Source of the DNA: Spirochaetaceae bacterium
GTDB taxonomy: Bacteria; Spirochaetota; Spirochaetia; DSM-27196; PWMO01
DNA: 64,000 nucleotides
Direction: 5' to 3'
Assembly (NCBI GenBank): GCA_007693325.1
Contig: REDW01000115.1
Location: forward strand, 61,057 to 125,056
Below the pieces are notes generated by a model, which made no database searches, was not told the DNA's origin, and worked only from the letters and a program-made list of their open reading frames with translations. Each line of letters starts with the position of its first letter. Within the stretch, counting starts at the first letter, position 1. Shown piece by piece: positions 28,520 to 39,100 of this stretch. The translations under genes and the position numbers were made by a program.

Positions 28520-29125
28520 GTGAAAAAGCACCCGTTTCGCCTTCGCGGCATAACCGATGAGCGCGTTCTCGACGCCCTGGCAACCGTACCACGGCACCTT
28601 TTTGTGCCTGCTGACGTGCGTGACCGCGCCTACGAGAATATTCCGTTGCCGATCGGTCATCAGCAGACCATCTCTCAACCCTTTATCGTTGGTTTTATGA
28701 CCGAAGTGCTGGAGCTGCGCAAGGAGCACCGGGTGCTGGAAATCGGCACCGGCAGCGGCTATCAGGCCGCCGTTCTGGCGCAACTTGTGGACAGCGTCTT
28801 CAGCGTGGAGGTAATCCCCGAGCTGGCGCAGCAGGCTCACACTCGCCTTCGTTCGCGCGGTTACGAGAACGTCCATGTGAGAAGCGGCAACGGCTGGCAG
28901 GGGTGGCCCGAAAACGCACCGTACGACCGCATAATAGTGACCGCCGCGGCGCCGAGTATTCCCGAGGCGCTGGTCGAGCAGCTGGTCAGCGGTGGCCGGA
29001 TGGTGCTGCCGGTGGGCTTGCCAGAAGAGGTCCAGTCGCTTATGCTGGCGGTCAAGACTGGGGAGGGGAATGTCGAAACCAGACGGCTGCTTTCCGTCCG
29101 GTTTGTTCCCATGACAGGACAGTAG
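28520..29125 (+). CDS. pcm: Protein-L-isoaspartate O-methyltransferase
   Basis: VPRHLFVP, GHQQTISQPFIV, VLEIGTGSGYQAAVLA and GGRMVLPVG. Confidence 0.9.
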   Translation: MKKHPFRLRGITDERVLDALATVPRHLFVPADVRDRAYENIPLPIGHQQTISQPFIVGFMTEVLELRKEHRVLEIGTGSGYQAAVLAQLVDSVFSVEVIPELAQQAHTRLRSRGYENVHVRSGNGWQGWPENAPYDRIIVTAAAPSIPEALVEQLVSGGRMVLPVGLPEEVQSLMLAVKTGEGNVETRRLLSVRFVPMTGQ

Positions 29126-29159
29126 CGTTCTCAACTCCAGCCAACCGATGGAGTAGTCT

Positions 29160-30950
29160 ATGGCGAAAAGTGCGGTCTACGATGAGAGTAAGGTCCGGAC
29201 ACTCAGCTCGCTGGAACACATCCGCCTACGGACCGGGATGTATATCGGCAGGCTCGGTGACGGAGCCGACCTCGACGACGGCATCTACATTCTGATCAAG
29301 GAAGTGATCGATAACAGTATCGACGAGTTCATCATGGGCCACGGAGACCGGATTCACGTGGCGATCGACGGTGACCACGTATCGATTCGCGATTACGGTC
29401 GGGGCATTCCGCTGGGCAAAGTTATCGACTGCGTGTCGATTATCAATACCGGGGCCAAGTACAACGATGACGTGTTCCAGTTTTCGGTTGGGCTCAACGG
29501 CGTGGGAACCAAGGCGGTCAACGCGCTTTCGTCACACTTCCGCGTGGTGGCGTTCCGCGAGGGCAAGTACTTTGAGGCGGTCTTTTCGCGCGGGGTTCTG
29601 CAGAGTAAGAAGCAGGGTTCGGCGGGGCGCGAGAAGGACGGTACCTACGTAGAGTTCATCCCCGATCACGAGATTTTTGGCGAGTACCGCTACAACCTCG
29701 AGTTCATCGAGCAGCGCTTGTGGAACTACGCCTACCTCAACAGCGGGCTGTCGCTCTACCTGGGCAAGCAGAAGTTCGAGTCCAGGCGCGGACTGTACGA
29801 CCTGCTCTACGCCGAGGTCGGCGATGATACGGTCTACGCCATCGGCCACTACCGCTCAAAGCAGCTTGAGTTTGCTTTTACCAGCACCGCCAACTACGGT
29901 GAGACCTACTTCTCGTTTGTCAACGGCCAGTACACCTCCGACGGCGGGACTCACCAGAGCGCCTTCCGTGAAGGCCTGCTCAAGGGCGTCAACGAGTACT
30001 TCAAGCGCAACTACTCCGGTATCGACGTGCGCGAGGGTATGGCCGGCGCAATCTCGGTCAAGCTGCAGAACCCGATTTTTGAGAGCCAGACCAAGAACAA
30101 GCTGGGCAACACCGAGATCCGCGGCTGGATTATCAACGACGTGCGCTCGGGTGTGGTGGATTTCCTGCACAAGAACACCGCGGCGGCGCGTAAGCTGGAA
30201 GAGAAGATCGTTCACAACGAGCGGCTGCGCAAAGAGTTGAATGCGGTCAAGCGAGAGGCGCGCGACGCGGCCAGGAAGATTGCGCTCAAGATTCCAAACC
30301 TCAAAGACTGCAAATATCATGTCGGGGACAAGGGCGGCGCAGAATCTACTATCTTCATCACAGAGGGGCAGTCGGCCTCGGGGTCGATGGTCAGCTCTCG
30401 CGACGTCTATACACAGGCCATTTTCTCGCTGCGCGGCAAACCGCAAAACATGTACGCCAAGAAGCGCGCCGACATCTACCGCAACGAAGAGCTGTTCAAC
30501 ATGATGATGGCGCTCGGCATAGAGAACGATATCGAAGGCCTGCGCTACGAGCGCATCGTGATTGCCACCGATGCCGATCACGACGGCTTCCACATTCGCA
30601 ACCTGCTGCTTACCTTCTTTCTCAACTTCTTTGAAGAGCTGGTGGTTGCCGGGCGCATCTACATTCTGGAGACACCGCTGTTCCGCGTGCGCAACAAGCA
30701 GCAGACCGTCTACTGCTACAGCCCATCAGAGAAACAGGACGCGCTGGCGCGGATCTCGAGTCCCGAGGTCACGCGGTTCAAGGGGCTGGGTGAGATTTCG
30801 CCCAAGGAATTCGGGCAGTTCATCGGGCCGGATATCCGCCTGGTGCCGGTCAACGTGAAGTCGATCAAGAGCATTCAGCAGACACTGGCGTTCTACATGG
30901 GCAAGAACACCCCCGAACGGCGCGAGTTCATCATGGAGAATCTGATTTAG
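29160..30950 (+). CDS. parE: Type IIA topoisomerase subunit B, short ParE type
   Basis: LEHIRLRTGMYIG GHKL ATPase domain, Toprim EGQSASGS and PLFRVRNK. It is only 596 aa, as in spirochaetal ParE. Confidence 0.8.
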   Translation: MAKSAVYDESKVRTLSSLEHIRLRTGMYIGRLGDGADLDDGIYILIKEVIDNSIDEFIMGHGDRIHVAIDGDHVSIRDYGRGIPLGKVIDCVSIINTGAKYNDDVFQFSVGLNGVGTKAVNALSSHFRVVAFREGKYFEAVFSRGVLQSKKQGSAGREKDGTYVEFIPDHEIFGEYRYNLEFIEQRLWNYAYLNSGLSLYLGKQKFESRRGLYDLLYAEVGDDTVYAIGHYRSKQLEFAFTSTANYGETYFSFVNGQYTSDGGTHQSAFREGLLKGVNEYFKRNYSGIDVREGMAGAISVKLQNPIFESQTKNKLGNTEIRGWIINDVRSGVVDFLHKNTAAARKLEEKIVHNERLRKELNAVKREARDAARKIALKIPNLKDCKYHVGDKGGAESTIFITEGQSASGSMVSSRDVYTQAIFSLRGKPQNMYAKKRADIYRNEELFNMMMALGIENDIEGLRYERIVIATDADHDGFHIRNLLLTFFLNFFEELVVAGRIYILETPLFRVRNKQQTVYCYSPSEKQDALARISSPEVTRFKGLGEISPKEFGQFIGPDIRLVPVNVKSIKSIQQTLAFYMGKNTPERREFIMENLI

Positions 30951-30977
30951 GCCGCGTGGGCCGGTCAGGAGTGAGTC

Positions 30978-33047
30978 ATGGCCTACGTCAATTCGGTATT
31001 CAACACAAACTTTCTCGAGTACGCCTCCTACGTCATCAAGGACCGTGCAATACCGCACATCGATGACGGGCTCAAACCGGTCCAGCGGCGCATCCTGCAC
31101 AGCCTCTTTGAAATGGATGACGGCAAGTTTCACAAGGTTGCCAACGTTGTGGGACACTGCATGCGCTACCACCCGCACGGTGACGCATCTATCTATTCGG
31201 CGCTGGTGGTACTGGCCAACAAGGACCTGTTCATCGACAAGCAGGGCAACTTCGGCAACATATACACCGGCGACGAAGCATCGGCCAGCCGCTACATCGA
31301 GTGCCGTATCAACGCACTGGCTCGCCAGCTGCTGCACAAGCCTGAGATAACCCAGTACGACGACTCGTACGACGGGCGCAACCGCGAGCCGGTGGTGTTT
31401 CCGGCCAAGATTCCTCTGGTGCTGATCCAGGGTGCCGAAGGCATCGCGGTGGGTATGTCCACCAGGGTGCTGCCGCACAATTTCATCGAGGTGTTGCAGG
31501 CAATGGTAGCAGCGCTGCAGAATGAGGCGTTAACGCTCCACCCGGATTTCCCCACCGGTGGGCTGGCGGATGTTTCGGACTACCAGGACGGGCTGGGCAA
31601 GGTGCTGGTACGCGCCAGGCTCGATACGTCGGACCCCAAGCGTATTGTGATCCGTGAGCTGCCGTTCGGGTCCACCACCGAAAGTCTGATCGCCAGCATC
31701 GAGAACGCCGCACGCAAGAACAAGATCAAGATCGCCGGCATTAACGACTTTACCACCGAGCACGTAGAGATCGAAGTCAAGCTGGCGCGTGGTATCACCA
31801 CCGAGGATACCATCGACTCATTGTTTGCGTTCACCGACTGCGAGAACTCCATCTCGGTTAACCTGCTGGTGATCAAGGACAACACCCCGGTTATCATGAG
31901 TGTAAGCGAGGTGGTCCGGTACCACGCGCAGCGTCTGGTTGCGATTCTCACCGCCGAACTGGAGCTCGAGCGCGGCAAGCTGCTTGATCGGCTGCACGCG
32001 CGTACGCTGGAACAGATCTTTGTCGAGGAGCGGATCTACCAGCGGATCGAAGAGCAGACTACCCATCAGGCGGTCTTTGAAGCGGTCTACAAGGGCTTTG
32101 AGCCGTTCCGATCCCAGATCAAGCGCAAGATCACCGATGAGGACATCGAGCGCCTGCTCAAGATTCCGATCCGCCGCATCTCGCTCTATGACATAAACAA
32201 GGCCCGGCAGGAGATGAAAGAGATCCGGCAGCGCCTCGGCGAGATCAAGGCGCACCTGGCCGACATCGAAGGCTACGCGGTCGGTTTCCTGGAATCGGTC
32301 ATCGAGGGCCAGACCGAGAATCATCCGCGCCGCACCGAGATCACGTCGTTTGAGAAGGTTGATGCGCGCGAGGCCGCACAGCGCAATCTGACGTTGCGCT
32401 ACGACGCGGCTACCGGCTACCTGGGCTACGGCGTGCTTTCGGGGAAGACGCTGTTTGACGTTTCGATCTATGACCGCGTTATCGTCATGCGGCGCAGTGG
32501 TGCGTATTCGGTGATCAACGTTCCCGAGAAGCTGTTTGTCGACAAGGGAATGCTGGTCTGCGGCCACGCTGACAAAGAGACACTGGCCGGGCGGGTTTTC
32601 ACGGTGCTGTACAAGAACGCCAAGGGTGTCTATCTCAAGCGCTGCCGCATCGAGGGCTATATCCTCGACAAGGGCTATCGCGTTGTCCCCGACGGGTCCG
32701 AGCCGCTCAAAGTAACTACTAAAAAAGACGTGGATGCGGTCCTGAAGTACAAGCCGCTTTCCAAGTACAAAGTACTCGAGGAGCGCTTCCCGGTGGGTGA
32801 CTACCTGATCAAGAGCGTCAAAGCCGCCGGTGTCCGGTTGACAAACAAGGAGGTCAAGAGCGCGATCTTTGAGTCCGCTACGGCTTCCTCCGGCGCTTCA
32901 GAAAACAACGGCAGGGGTGCTGCCGCCGCCAAGGCTGGCAAAGCCGCCGGCAAGACGACTACTGCCGGGAAACCGGCGGGGGGCACAAAATCCGCGCGGA
33001 AGCCGGCCGGCAAAAAACCAGGCAAGAAGTCCGGCGGGTCAGCGTAG
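30978..33047 (+). CDS. parC: Type IIA topoisomerase subunit A (ParC type) with a basic Ala/Lys/Gly/Pro-rich C-terminal tail
   Basis: YASYVIKDRAIPHIDDGLKPVQRRILH and YHPHGDASIY motifs. The tail is ...GAAAAKAGKAAGKTTTAGKPAGGTKSARKPAGKKPGKKSGGSA. Confidence 0.8.
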   Translation: MAYVNSVFNTNFLEYASYVIKDRAIPHIDDGLKPVQRRILHSLFEMDDGKFHKVANVVGHCMRYHPHGDASIYSALVVLANKDLFIDKQGNFGNIYTGDEASASRYIECRINALARQLLHKPEITQYDDSYDGRNREPVVFPAKIPLVLIQGAEGIAVGMSTRVLPHNFIEVLQAMVAALQNEALTLHPDFPTGGLADVSDYQDGLGKVLVRARLDTSDPKRIVIRELPFGSTTESLIASIENAARKNKIKIAGINDFTTEHVEIEVKLARGITTEDTIDSLFAFTDCENSISVNLLVIKDNTPVIMSVSEVVRYHAQRLVAILTAELELERGKLLDRLHARTLEQIFVEERIYQRIEEQTTHQAVFEAVYKGFEPFRSQIKRKITDEDIERLLKIPIRRISLYDINKARQEMKEIRQRLGEIKAHLADIEGYAVGFLESVIEGQTENHPRRTEITSFEKVDAREAAQRNLTLRYDAATGYLGYGVLSGKTLFDVSIYDRVIVMRRSGAYSVINVPEKLFVDKGMLVCGHADKETLAGRVFTVLYKNAKGVYLKRCRIEGYILDKGYRVVPDGSEPLKVTTKKDVDAVLKYKPLSKYKVLEERFPVGDYLIKSVKAAGVRLTNKEVKSAIFESATASSGASENNGRGAAAAKAGKAAGKTTTAGKPAGGTKSARKPAGKKPGKKSGGSA

Positions 33048-33066
33048 CGTCAAAGGCGTGCTCCGC

Positions 33067-33963
33067 TTAATCGATCAACTTGCGCTTCAGCCGGCTGATG
33101 CTCCAGGCGCCTACGGCCACGGTGAGCACGATGATGTAGCCAAGGCTGATCAGGTGAGCCGGGCCGAGGTCTCCGTGGACCAGGCCGCGCATCAGGCGTA
33201 CCGGGTGGGTCAGCGGCAGGATCTCGGTGATCGGGCGCACAAACGCCGGAAGGTTCTCTACCGGGAAGAAGACCCCGGCAAAGAAGAACATCGGCGAGAT
33301 AAAACCCGAGAAGAAGAAATTGAACTGATTGATGTTGTCGACAAGTGATGTAACCAGGAAGCCCAGCGCGGCAAACATGACCCCGGTCATGAATCCCAGA
33401 AGCGGCGCAAAGAAGACCGAGCGCAGCGGGACTATCCCGAACACAGTAGTGATAATCATAACAGACAGCGTGAATACAAATCCCTTTGTGCCGGCCCACA
33501 GCATCTCGCCGATCAGCAGGTCGTGCACGGACATCGGCGCAGCCAGCATGCCGTCGTAGACCTTGTCAAACTCAAGCCGGATGTAGGTGCCAAAACTGCA
33601 CTCGAAGGCGGCGGTGAACATTGCCGCGGTCACCATCAGGCCGGTAGCCAGGTACTCGATATACGGCGCACCGTTCATCGTACCGATGAACTGTCCCAGG
33701 CCCAGGCCGATCCCAACCAGGAAGATCAGCGGCTCGAGGAAGGGGGGCAGTGCGTTACTGATCAGGTTCTTGCTGTAGACGCGCACGTGACGCAGCCAGA
33801 CGCCGTAGATGCGGCGCGCCCTCGTTGGAGGGCGGGTTACCACGCAGTGCGGTGTTGTACCGCCCAGCAGTGCGATCAGCGGTTGGTCCCCGGCGTCCAG
33901 GCAGCCTTCAACCCGGTCACCGGGTTGCCGCCGCTGTGCTGCAATAGTATCACTGGAGCTCAT
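33067..33963 (-). CDS. ABC-2 type exporter permease
   Basis: Six predicted TM segments with NodJ/DrrB-like sequence. It overlaps the upstream ATPase gene by 14 nt. Confidence 0.75.
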   Translation of the reverse strand: MSSSDTIAAQRRQPGDRVEGCLDAGDQPLIALLGGTTPHCVVTRPPTRARRIYGVWLRHVRVYSKNLISNALPPFLEPLIFLVGIGLGLGQFIGTMNGAPYIEYLATGLMVTAAMFTAAFECSFGTYIRLEFDKVYDGMLAAPMSVHDLLIGEMLWAGTKGFVFTLSVMIITTVFGIVPLRSVFFAPLLGFMTGVMFAALGFLVTSLVDNINQFNFFFSGFISPMFFFAGVFFPVENLPAFVRPITEILPLTHPVRLMRGLVHGDLGPAHLISLGYIIVLTVAVGAWSISRLKRKLID

Positions 33964-34876
33964 TGAGCCTCCTGCCGGTTGATTTCAGAAACAGGTCTTC
34001 GAGGTTGGTCTGACGCAGATAGTAATCACCCGGTTCGAGCTGCCCCGCGGCTGCCTGGAGCAGCTCGATATTGCTGCTGTAGTAGAGCACGCGCTCATCG
34101 GAGGTGTCGCTGCGTACTCCGTCGAGCAGTTGGCGCAGCCTGGCGGCCTGCGACGGCCGCGTCAGTTCGAGCACGTTCTTCTCGATGTGTTGCTCCAGCA
34201 ACTGCTGTGGGGCACCCTCGAGGACCTTGTGGCCCTTGTCCATGATCAAGACGGTATCGGCGATCTGGAACGCCTCATCCATGTAGTGGGTGGTCAGCAG
34301 GATGGTCACTCCCTCGCGCTTCAGGCTGCGCAGCTTGTCCCAGATCAGCTGGCGCACCTGCGGATCCAGCCCGGTGGTTGGTTCATCGAGTATCAACAGT
34401 GCCGGATCGTTCAACAGTGCCCGCGCGATTACCAGCCGCCGTTTCATCCCCCCGGAGAGCTCGCGGACGCGCGCACTGCGTCTGTCACGCAGCTCCATGA
34501 ATTCCAGCAGCCACTCGATTCGCTCTGCTGACTGCCTGCGCGGTATGCCGTAGAAATCTGCAAAGATGCGCAGATTCTGCTGCACGTTGAGCTCCACGTC
34601 GAGGCTGTTTTCCTGCGGCACAACACCCGAGAGCGTCTTGATCCGCAATTGGTCACGGCGCGGATCAAAGCCGAACACCTGCATTCTGGTTTCCGAGCTT
34701 CGGTCGGCCTCAGCCTTGCCGTACAACACCTTCATCATGGTGGTCTTGCCGGCGCCGTTGGGGCCCAGGAAACTGAAACAGGTGGAGCCGGCTACCGTGA
34801 AGCAGAGGTCGTGTACCGCGGTCAACGCGCCGTAAGACTTGTAAAGGTGCTCGACTTCGATTGCGGGGACATTCAT
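33950..34876 (-). CDS. ABC exporter ATP-binding protein (NodI/DrrA type)
   Basis: GPNGAGKTTMMK, LSGGMKRRLVIARAL and LILDEPTTGLD. Confidence 0.9.
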   Translation of the reverse strand: MNVPAIEVEHLYKSYGALTAVHDLCFTVAGSTCFSFLGPNGAGKTTMMKVLYGKAEADRSSETRMQVFGFDPRRDQLRIKTLSGVVPQENSLDVELNVQQNLRIFADFYGIPRRQSAERIEWLLEFMELRDRRSARVRELSGGMKRRLVIARALLNDPALLILDEPTTGLDPQVRQLIWDKLRSLKREGVTILLTTHYMDEAFQIADTVLIMDKGHKVLEGAPQQLLEQHIEKNVLELTRPSQAARLRQLLDGVRSDTSDERVLYYSSNIELLQAAAGQLEPGDYYLRQTNLEDLFLKSTGRRLNELQ

Positions 34877-34923
34877 TGCCCTACAATATAGATATAACGC
34901 CGTATGAAGCCAACCGCTTTGAT

Positions 34924-34961
34924 GGCAACTGCGGCGTAATCTGAGGACATCCGCAGTTGCC
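34924..34961. promoter_or_regulatory. Perfect 11-bp inverted repeat GGCAACTGCGG-16 nt-CCGCAGTTGCC in the divergent efflux intergenic region
   Basis: Read directly from the sequence and followed by TTTG on the plus strand. The left arm is overlapped by an 11-codon uORF (34904-34939). Confidence 0.6.
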
Positions 34962-35018
34962 TTTGCGCTCTGACGTGATTACTCTTATTGGCATTGCTGA
35001 TGGTACAGGGAGTATGCT

Positions 35019-36161
35019 GTGTCGGGTAGAAATAAACCACGGCTGTGGTCTTCCGGAATTCCTGCTTTTGTGCTGATAGCTGTTGTGCTGCTGGCAGGTT
35101 GCGGCCGCCCGGGCGGAGGTCGTCCGGGCGGTGCGCAAGAGGACGCACGCAGCGGCGCAACCGGTGAAGAGGCGATGTGGGCGCGCGAGGATCGCACCGA
35201 TCGCGCAATTGAGGCAGTTGAGATCAGCGCGGGCAGGTTCATCGACTACGTCCAAAGCTCCGGCCGGATTGCCGGATCGCGCGAGGCCACCGTAGTGTCC
35301 GAGTCTCAGGGGGTGCTGCAGCGCGTAGAGTTTGATCTCGGGATGTCGGTAACGCAGGGAGACCTGCTGGCGGCTTTTGATGAGCGGGTCGAACGGTTGG
35401 CACTCGAGCAGGCACGCGCTGCCGCGGAATCTGCGCGGGTAGAGTTAGACGCGGTGCAGCGCAGCGTGGATGCCGGGGCAGCTTCGCGTAACGACCTCGC
35501 TCGGGTGGAGGCTGCAGCCGCGGGAGCCGATGCAGAATACCAACGCGCGACAAAACGCCTTGAAGACCGGCGCATCACCGCGCCGATCGGCGGCCGCGTG
35601 GCCCGGAAAGATTCGCGCGTTTCAGAGGGTAACTACCTGCCGGCCGGTGTCAACGTGGCGCACATCGTTGACACCGCGCGGCTGCAGATTCAGTTGGCTG
35701 TTGGAGAGCGTGAGATCGGTTACGTTTCACCCGGTGCTCGTGCCGAGATTACGATGGAGACCTGCGAGCCGCAGGTTGGCAGCGTGAGCTCGGTGGCCGC
35801 CGGTAGCGATCCGCAGACCGGAAGCTTTGCGGTGATCGTGACCTGGGACAACCGTTGCGGTGATCGAGTGCGTTCGGGGATGTCTGCCGAGGTTCGTATT
35901 GAGCCCAACGTCGAGCACGAGGCTCTGATTGTTCCTACCGCTGCGTTGCTGCGCCGACAGGGAGAGACCGTTGTATTTGTGATCGAGAATGATACGGCCT
36001 CGCGGCGCCAGGTAGTGGTTGGCCGCCGCGTGGGTAACCGCGCAGAGGTTGTAGACGGGCTCGTTGAGGGTGAGCTTGTTGCGGTCTCTGCACTGAGCAC
36101 GCTGGCCGACGGCCAGCCGGTGGAGGCCACGCTGAAGGGCCGCAGCGGAGAGCTGCGATGA
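35019..36161 (+). CDS. RND efflux periplasmic adaptor (membrane fusion protein), lipoprotein
   Basis: Lipobox LLAGC followed by HlyD/AcrA-like barrel-sandwich and coiled-coil segments. It overlaps the RND pump gene by 4 nt. Confidence 0.85.
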   Translation: MSGRNKPRLWSSGIPAFVLIAVVLLAGCGRPGGGRPGGAQEDARSGATGEEAMWAREDRTDRAIEAVEISAGRFIDYVQSSGRIAGSREATVVSESQGVLQRVEFDLGMSVTQGDLLAAFDERVERLALEQARAAAESARVELDAVQRSVDAGAASRNDLARVEAAAAGADAEYQRATKRLEDRRITAPIGGRVARKDSRVSEGNYLPAGVNVAHIVDTARLQIQLAVGEREIGYVSPGARAEITMETCEPQVGSVSSVAAGSDPQTGSFAVIVTWDNRCGDRVRSGMSAEVRIEPNVEHEALIVPTAALLRRQGETVVFVIENDTASRRQVVVGRRVGNRAEVVDGLVEGELVAVSALSTLADGQPVEATLKGRSGELR

Positions 36162-39100
36162 ACCTGGGCAGGTTTTCGGTCAACAACCCGGTTCTGATCA
36201 ACATCCTGATGGTCCTGCTGCTGGTGGCGGGTTATTTCAGCGTTACCCGGCTGCCGCAGGAGCAGTTCTCCGATGTTCCGTTCTATTTTGTGAACATAGC
36301 CGTGCCGTACCCGGGCGTTTCGGCCGCCGACATCGAGCGAACGGTGACCGTGCCAATCGAGAACACCATGCAGGGGATTGATAGAGTTGATACAATCCGC
36401 TCGGTAACCACCGAAGGACTGTCTCGCGTGACGCTGGAGTTTGACCAGGGCATCTCGCGTCAACAGTTTGACCGCCTTTTCCAGGAAGTGCGCAACCGCT
36501 TCAACAGCGTCTCACTGCCCGATGATGTCTTGCAGGAGAGCATAACCGAGTTCACCTCCAATGACTTTGTGCCCGTCATCGAGGTGGTGCTGGTGGGAGA
36601 AATCGATTACGCGGCGCTCAATCGTGCCGCGCGTGAATTGAAAACACAACTGGAGCAGGTTCGTGAGGTGTCCGGTATCACGCTGGTTGGAGCGCGCGAT
36701 CGGCAGATTGTGATCGACGCGGAGCCGGCGCGTTTGCAGGGATTCGGGGTCAGTCTGGACGAGATCGCGGCCGCCGTGCGTTCGCGCAATGTGACGGTAC
36801 CCGGAGGAGTGCTCGAGACCCCTTCACGCAGCTATCTGCTGCGTACTGTCGGTGAGATCGACAGAGCGCGCGACTTTGACCGCATCATCGTGCGCCACGC
36901 CGCTGACCGCGGCGGTGTGGTTACCGTCGGTGATGTAGCTGCCGTGCAGGAAGGGTTTGACCGTGAGGGTGTGAAGTCGCGCTATAACGGCCGGCAGTCC
37001 ATTACGCTCAGGGTACTGAAGATACCCGGTGGAAGCTCTGTTGATATTGCCGAAGCGGTGCGCGGCCGGGTGCAACGGTTTCAGCAGCGCTCGATTGGCG
37101 AAGGTGTAGAGGTCTTCTACTCCAACGATTCGACAATACAGATCCGCGACAGTATCGATGTCCTGGTAACCAACGCGCTGATGGGTCTGGTGCTGCTGGT
37201 GGTTATCCTCTTGCTGTTCATCGGGCTGCGCAACGCCCTGATGACCGCACTGGGTATTCCGCTGACCTTTGCGGTGACGTTTATTGTCCTGGAACTCACC
37301 GGCGACACGCTCAACAGCAACACGCTGTTTGCGATGGTGCTGGTGCTCGGCCTGATTGTCGATCATGCGATTGTGATTGTCGAGAACAGCTATCGGTTAC
37401 GATCGGAGGGATTGAGCCGTCACGATGCGGCAATCAAGGGCGTCAATCAGGTGATATTACCGGTAATTGCCGCTACCGCTACTACGGTGGCGGCGTTTCT
37501 GCCGCTGGCGTTTCTGCCGGGGGTGATCGGGCGTTTCCTGCGCGTGGTTCCGCTCACGGTAACCATCGCGCTGATTGCTTCAACCGCGGAGGCCGGGCTT
37601 TTCATCCCGTCGCACTTTGCCGAGTGGCCCGGCGGCAAGAAAACAAAGCAGGCGGGGCGCATCTTTTTGGGCTTCCAGGGATTTTTTGTGCTGCTGTTGC
37701 GGCGGCTTTATCGTTTTCGGCTGGTGACTCTGGCGGTGATGCTGCTGGTGATGATCGGCAGTTTTGCGCTGGTTGGACGCCTGGGACAGAATCTTTTTGC
37801 GGCAGACGACGCCAGCCTGTTCTTCATCGACATCGACATGCCCGCTGGAACGCCGATAGACCGCACCGATGAGGTGGTGCAAAGCTTTGAACAGCGGCTG
37901 ATTCCCTACGTGGGGGACGGCGAGGTGATTGCGGTGCGCTCCTCGGTCGGGTTTGCCGCCGGGACAGCAGAAAACGTCACGCAAGCCAACGTTGGTCAGG
38001 TTGTGGTGGAGCTCAAACCAACCAGCCGAGGCCGGGAACGCACCGTGGCGCAGATTATGTCCGATCTGGAGTTGGTGGTAGCAGACATTCCCGGGCCCGA
38101 AGACGTCAGGGTGCGCCGACAGGCCACCGGGCCGCCTACTGATCCGCCGGTGGTGTATCGGCTGTTTGGTGACAGCTATGAAAACCTGATGGCAGTTTCG
38201 GACCGTATCAAGGCCGAGATGGGACAGTATCCTGAGCTGTTCAATATCCGCGATAACCTGGAGCAGAGCAGCCCCGAATTGCGCGTTACTGTAGACGACA
38301 CCATCGCGGCGAGCTACGGACTCTCGCGGCAGGCGGTTGGCAACTTTGTGCGCGGTGCGTTTGATGGTATCGATGCCGGAACCGTTTTCACTGACAATGA
38401 AGAGACCGCTGTGCTGGTGCGTTACGCGCAGACAACGCCGGCCGGCGTCGAACAGCTGTTGCAGCGCTCTATTGCGACTACCGACGGGCGGATGATCCCG
38501 TTCAGCTCGGTAGCCAGGGTGGATGAGGGAGATGTGTTCGCCTCGATCCGGCGTCTGGACGGCCGTCGCGAGGTGACTATCGAGTCGGAGGCGTTCTCCA
38601 CTGAGTGGCTGCGGGAGCTTGACTCTGAGGTGCGCACGCTGTTTAACGAGCAGCTGGCAGAACAGTATCCCGATGTAGAGCTTGTGGTTGGCGGTGAGTT
38701 TGCCCAGTTTGCGCGGGTGATCTTCGATATACTGCGTGTTTTTCTGGTGGGGATCTTCATCATCTATACCATTCTCGGCACGCAGTTCAAGAGTTATACT
38801 CAGCCGCTGCTGATTCTGTTTTCCGTGCCGTTTGCCTTTGTCGGAGTGGTTCTGTTCCTGGTGATCGGCGGCCAGAGCATATCTACCACAATTATCTACG
38901 CCGGAGTTGCGCTGGCAGGAATAGCGGTCAACGACACCATTGTGCTGATCAGCTTCATAAATGATCTGCGTGCGCAAGGAATGATGGTGGGGCAGGCGGT
39001 GATAGAAGCTGCTCGAATCCGCCTGCGGCCGATCATTCTGACATCCCTGACAACCATCGGCGGGCTGATTCCTACCGCAATTGGTGCCGGCGGCCGCTCG

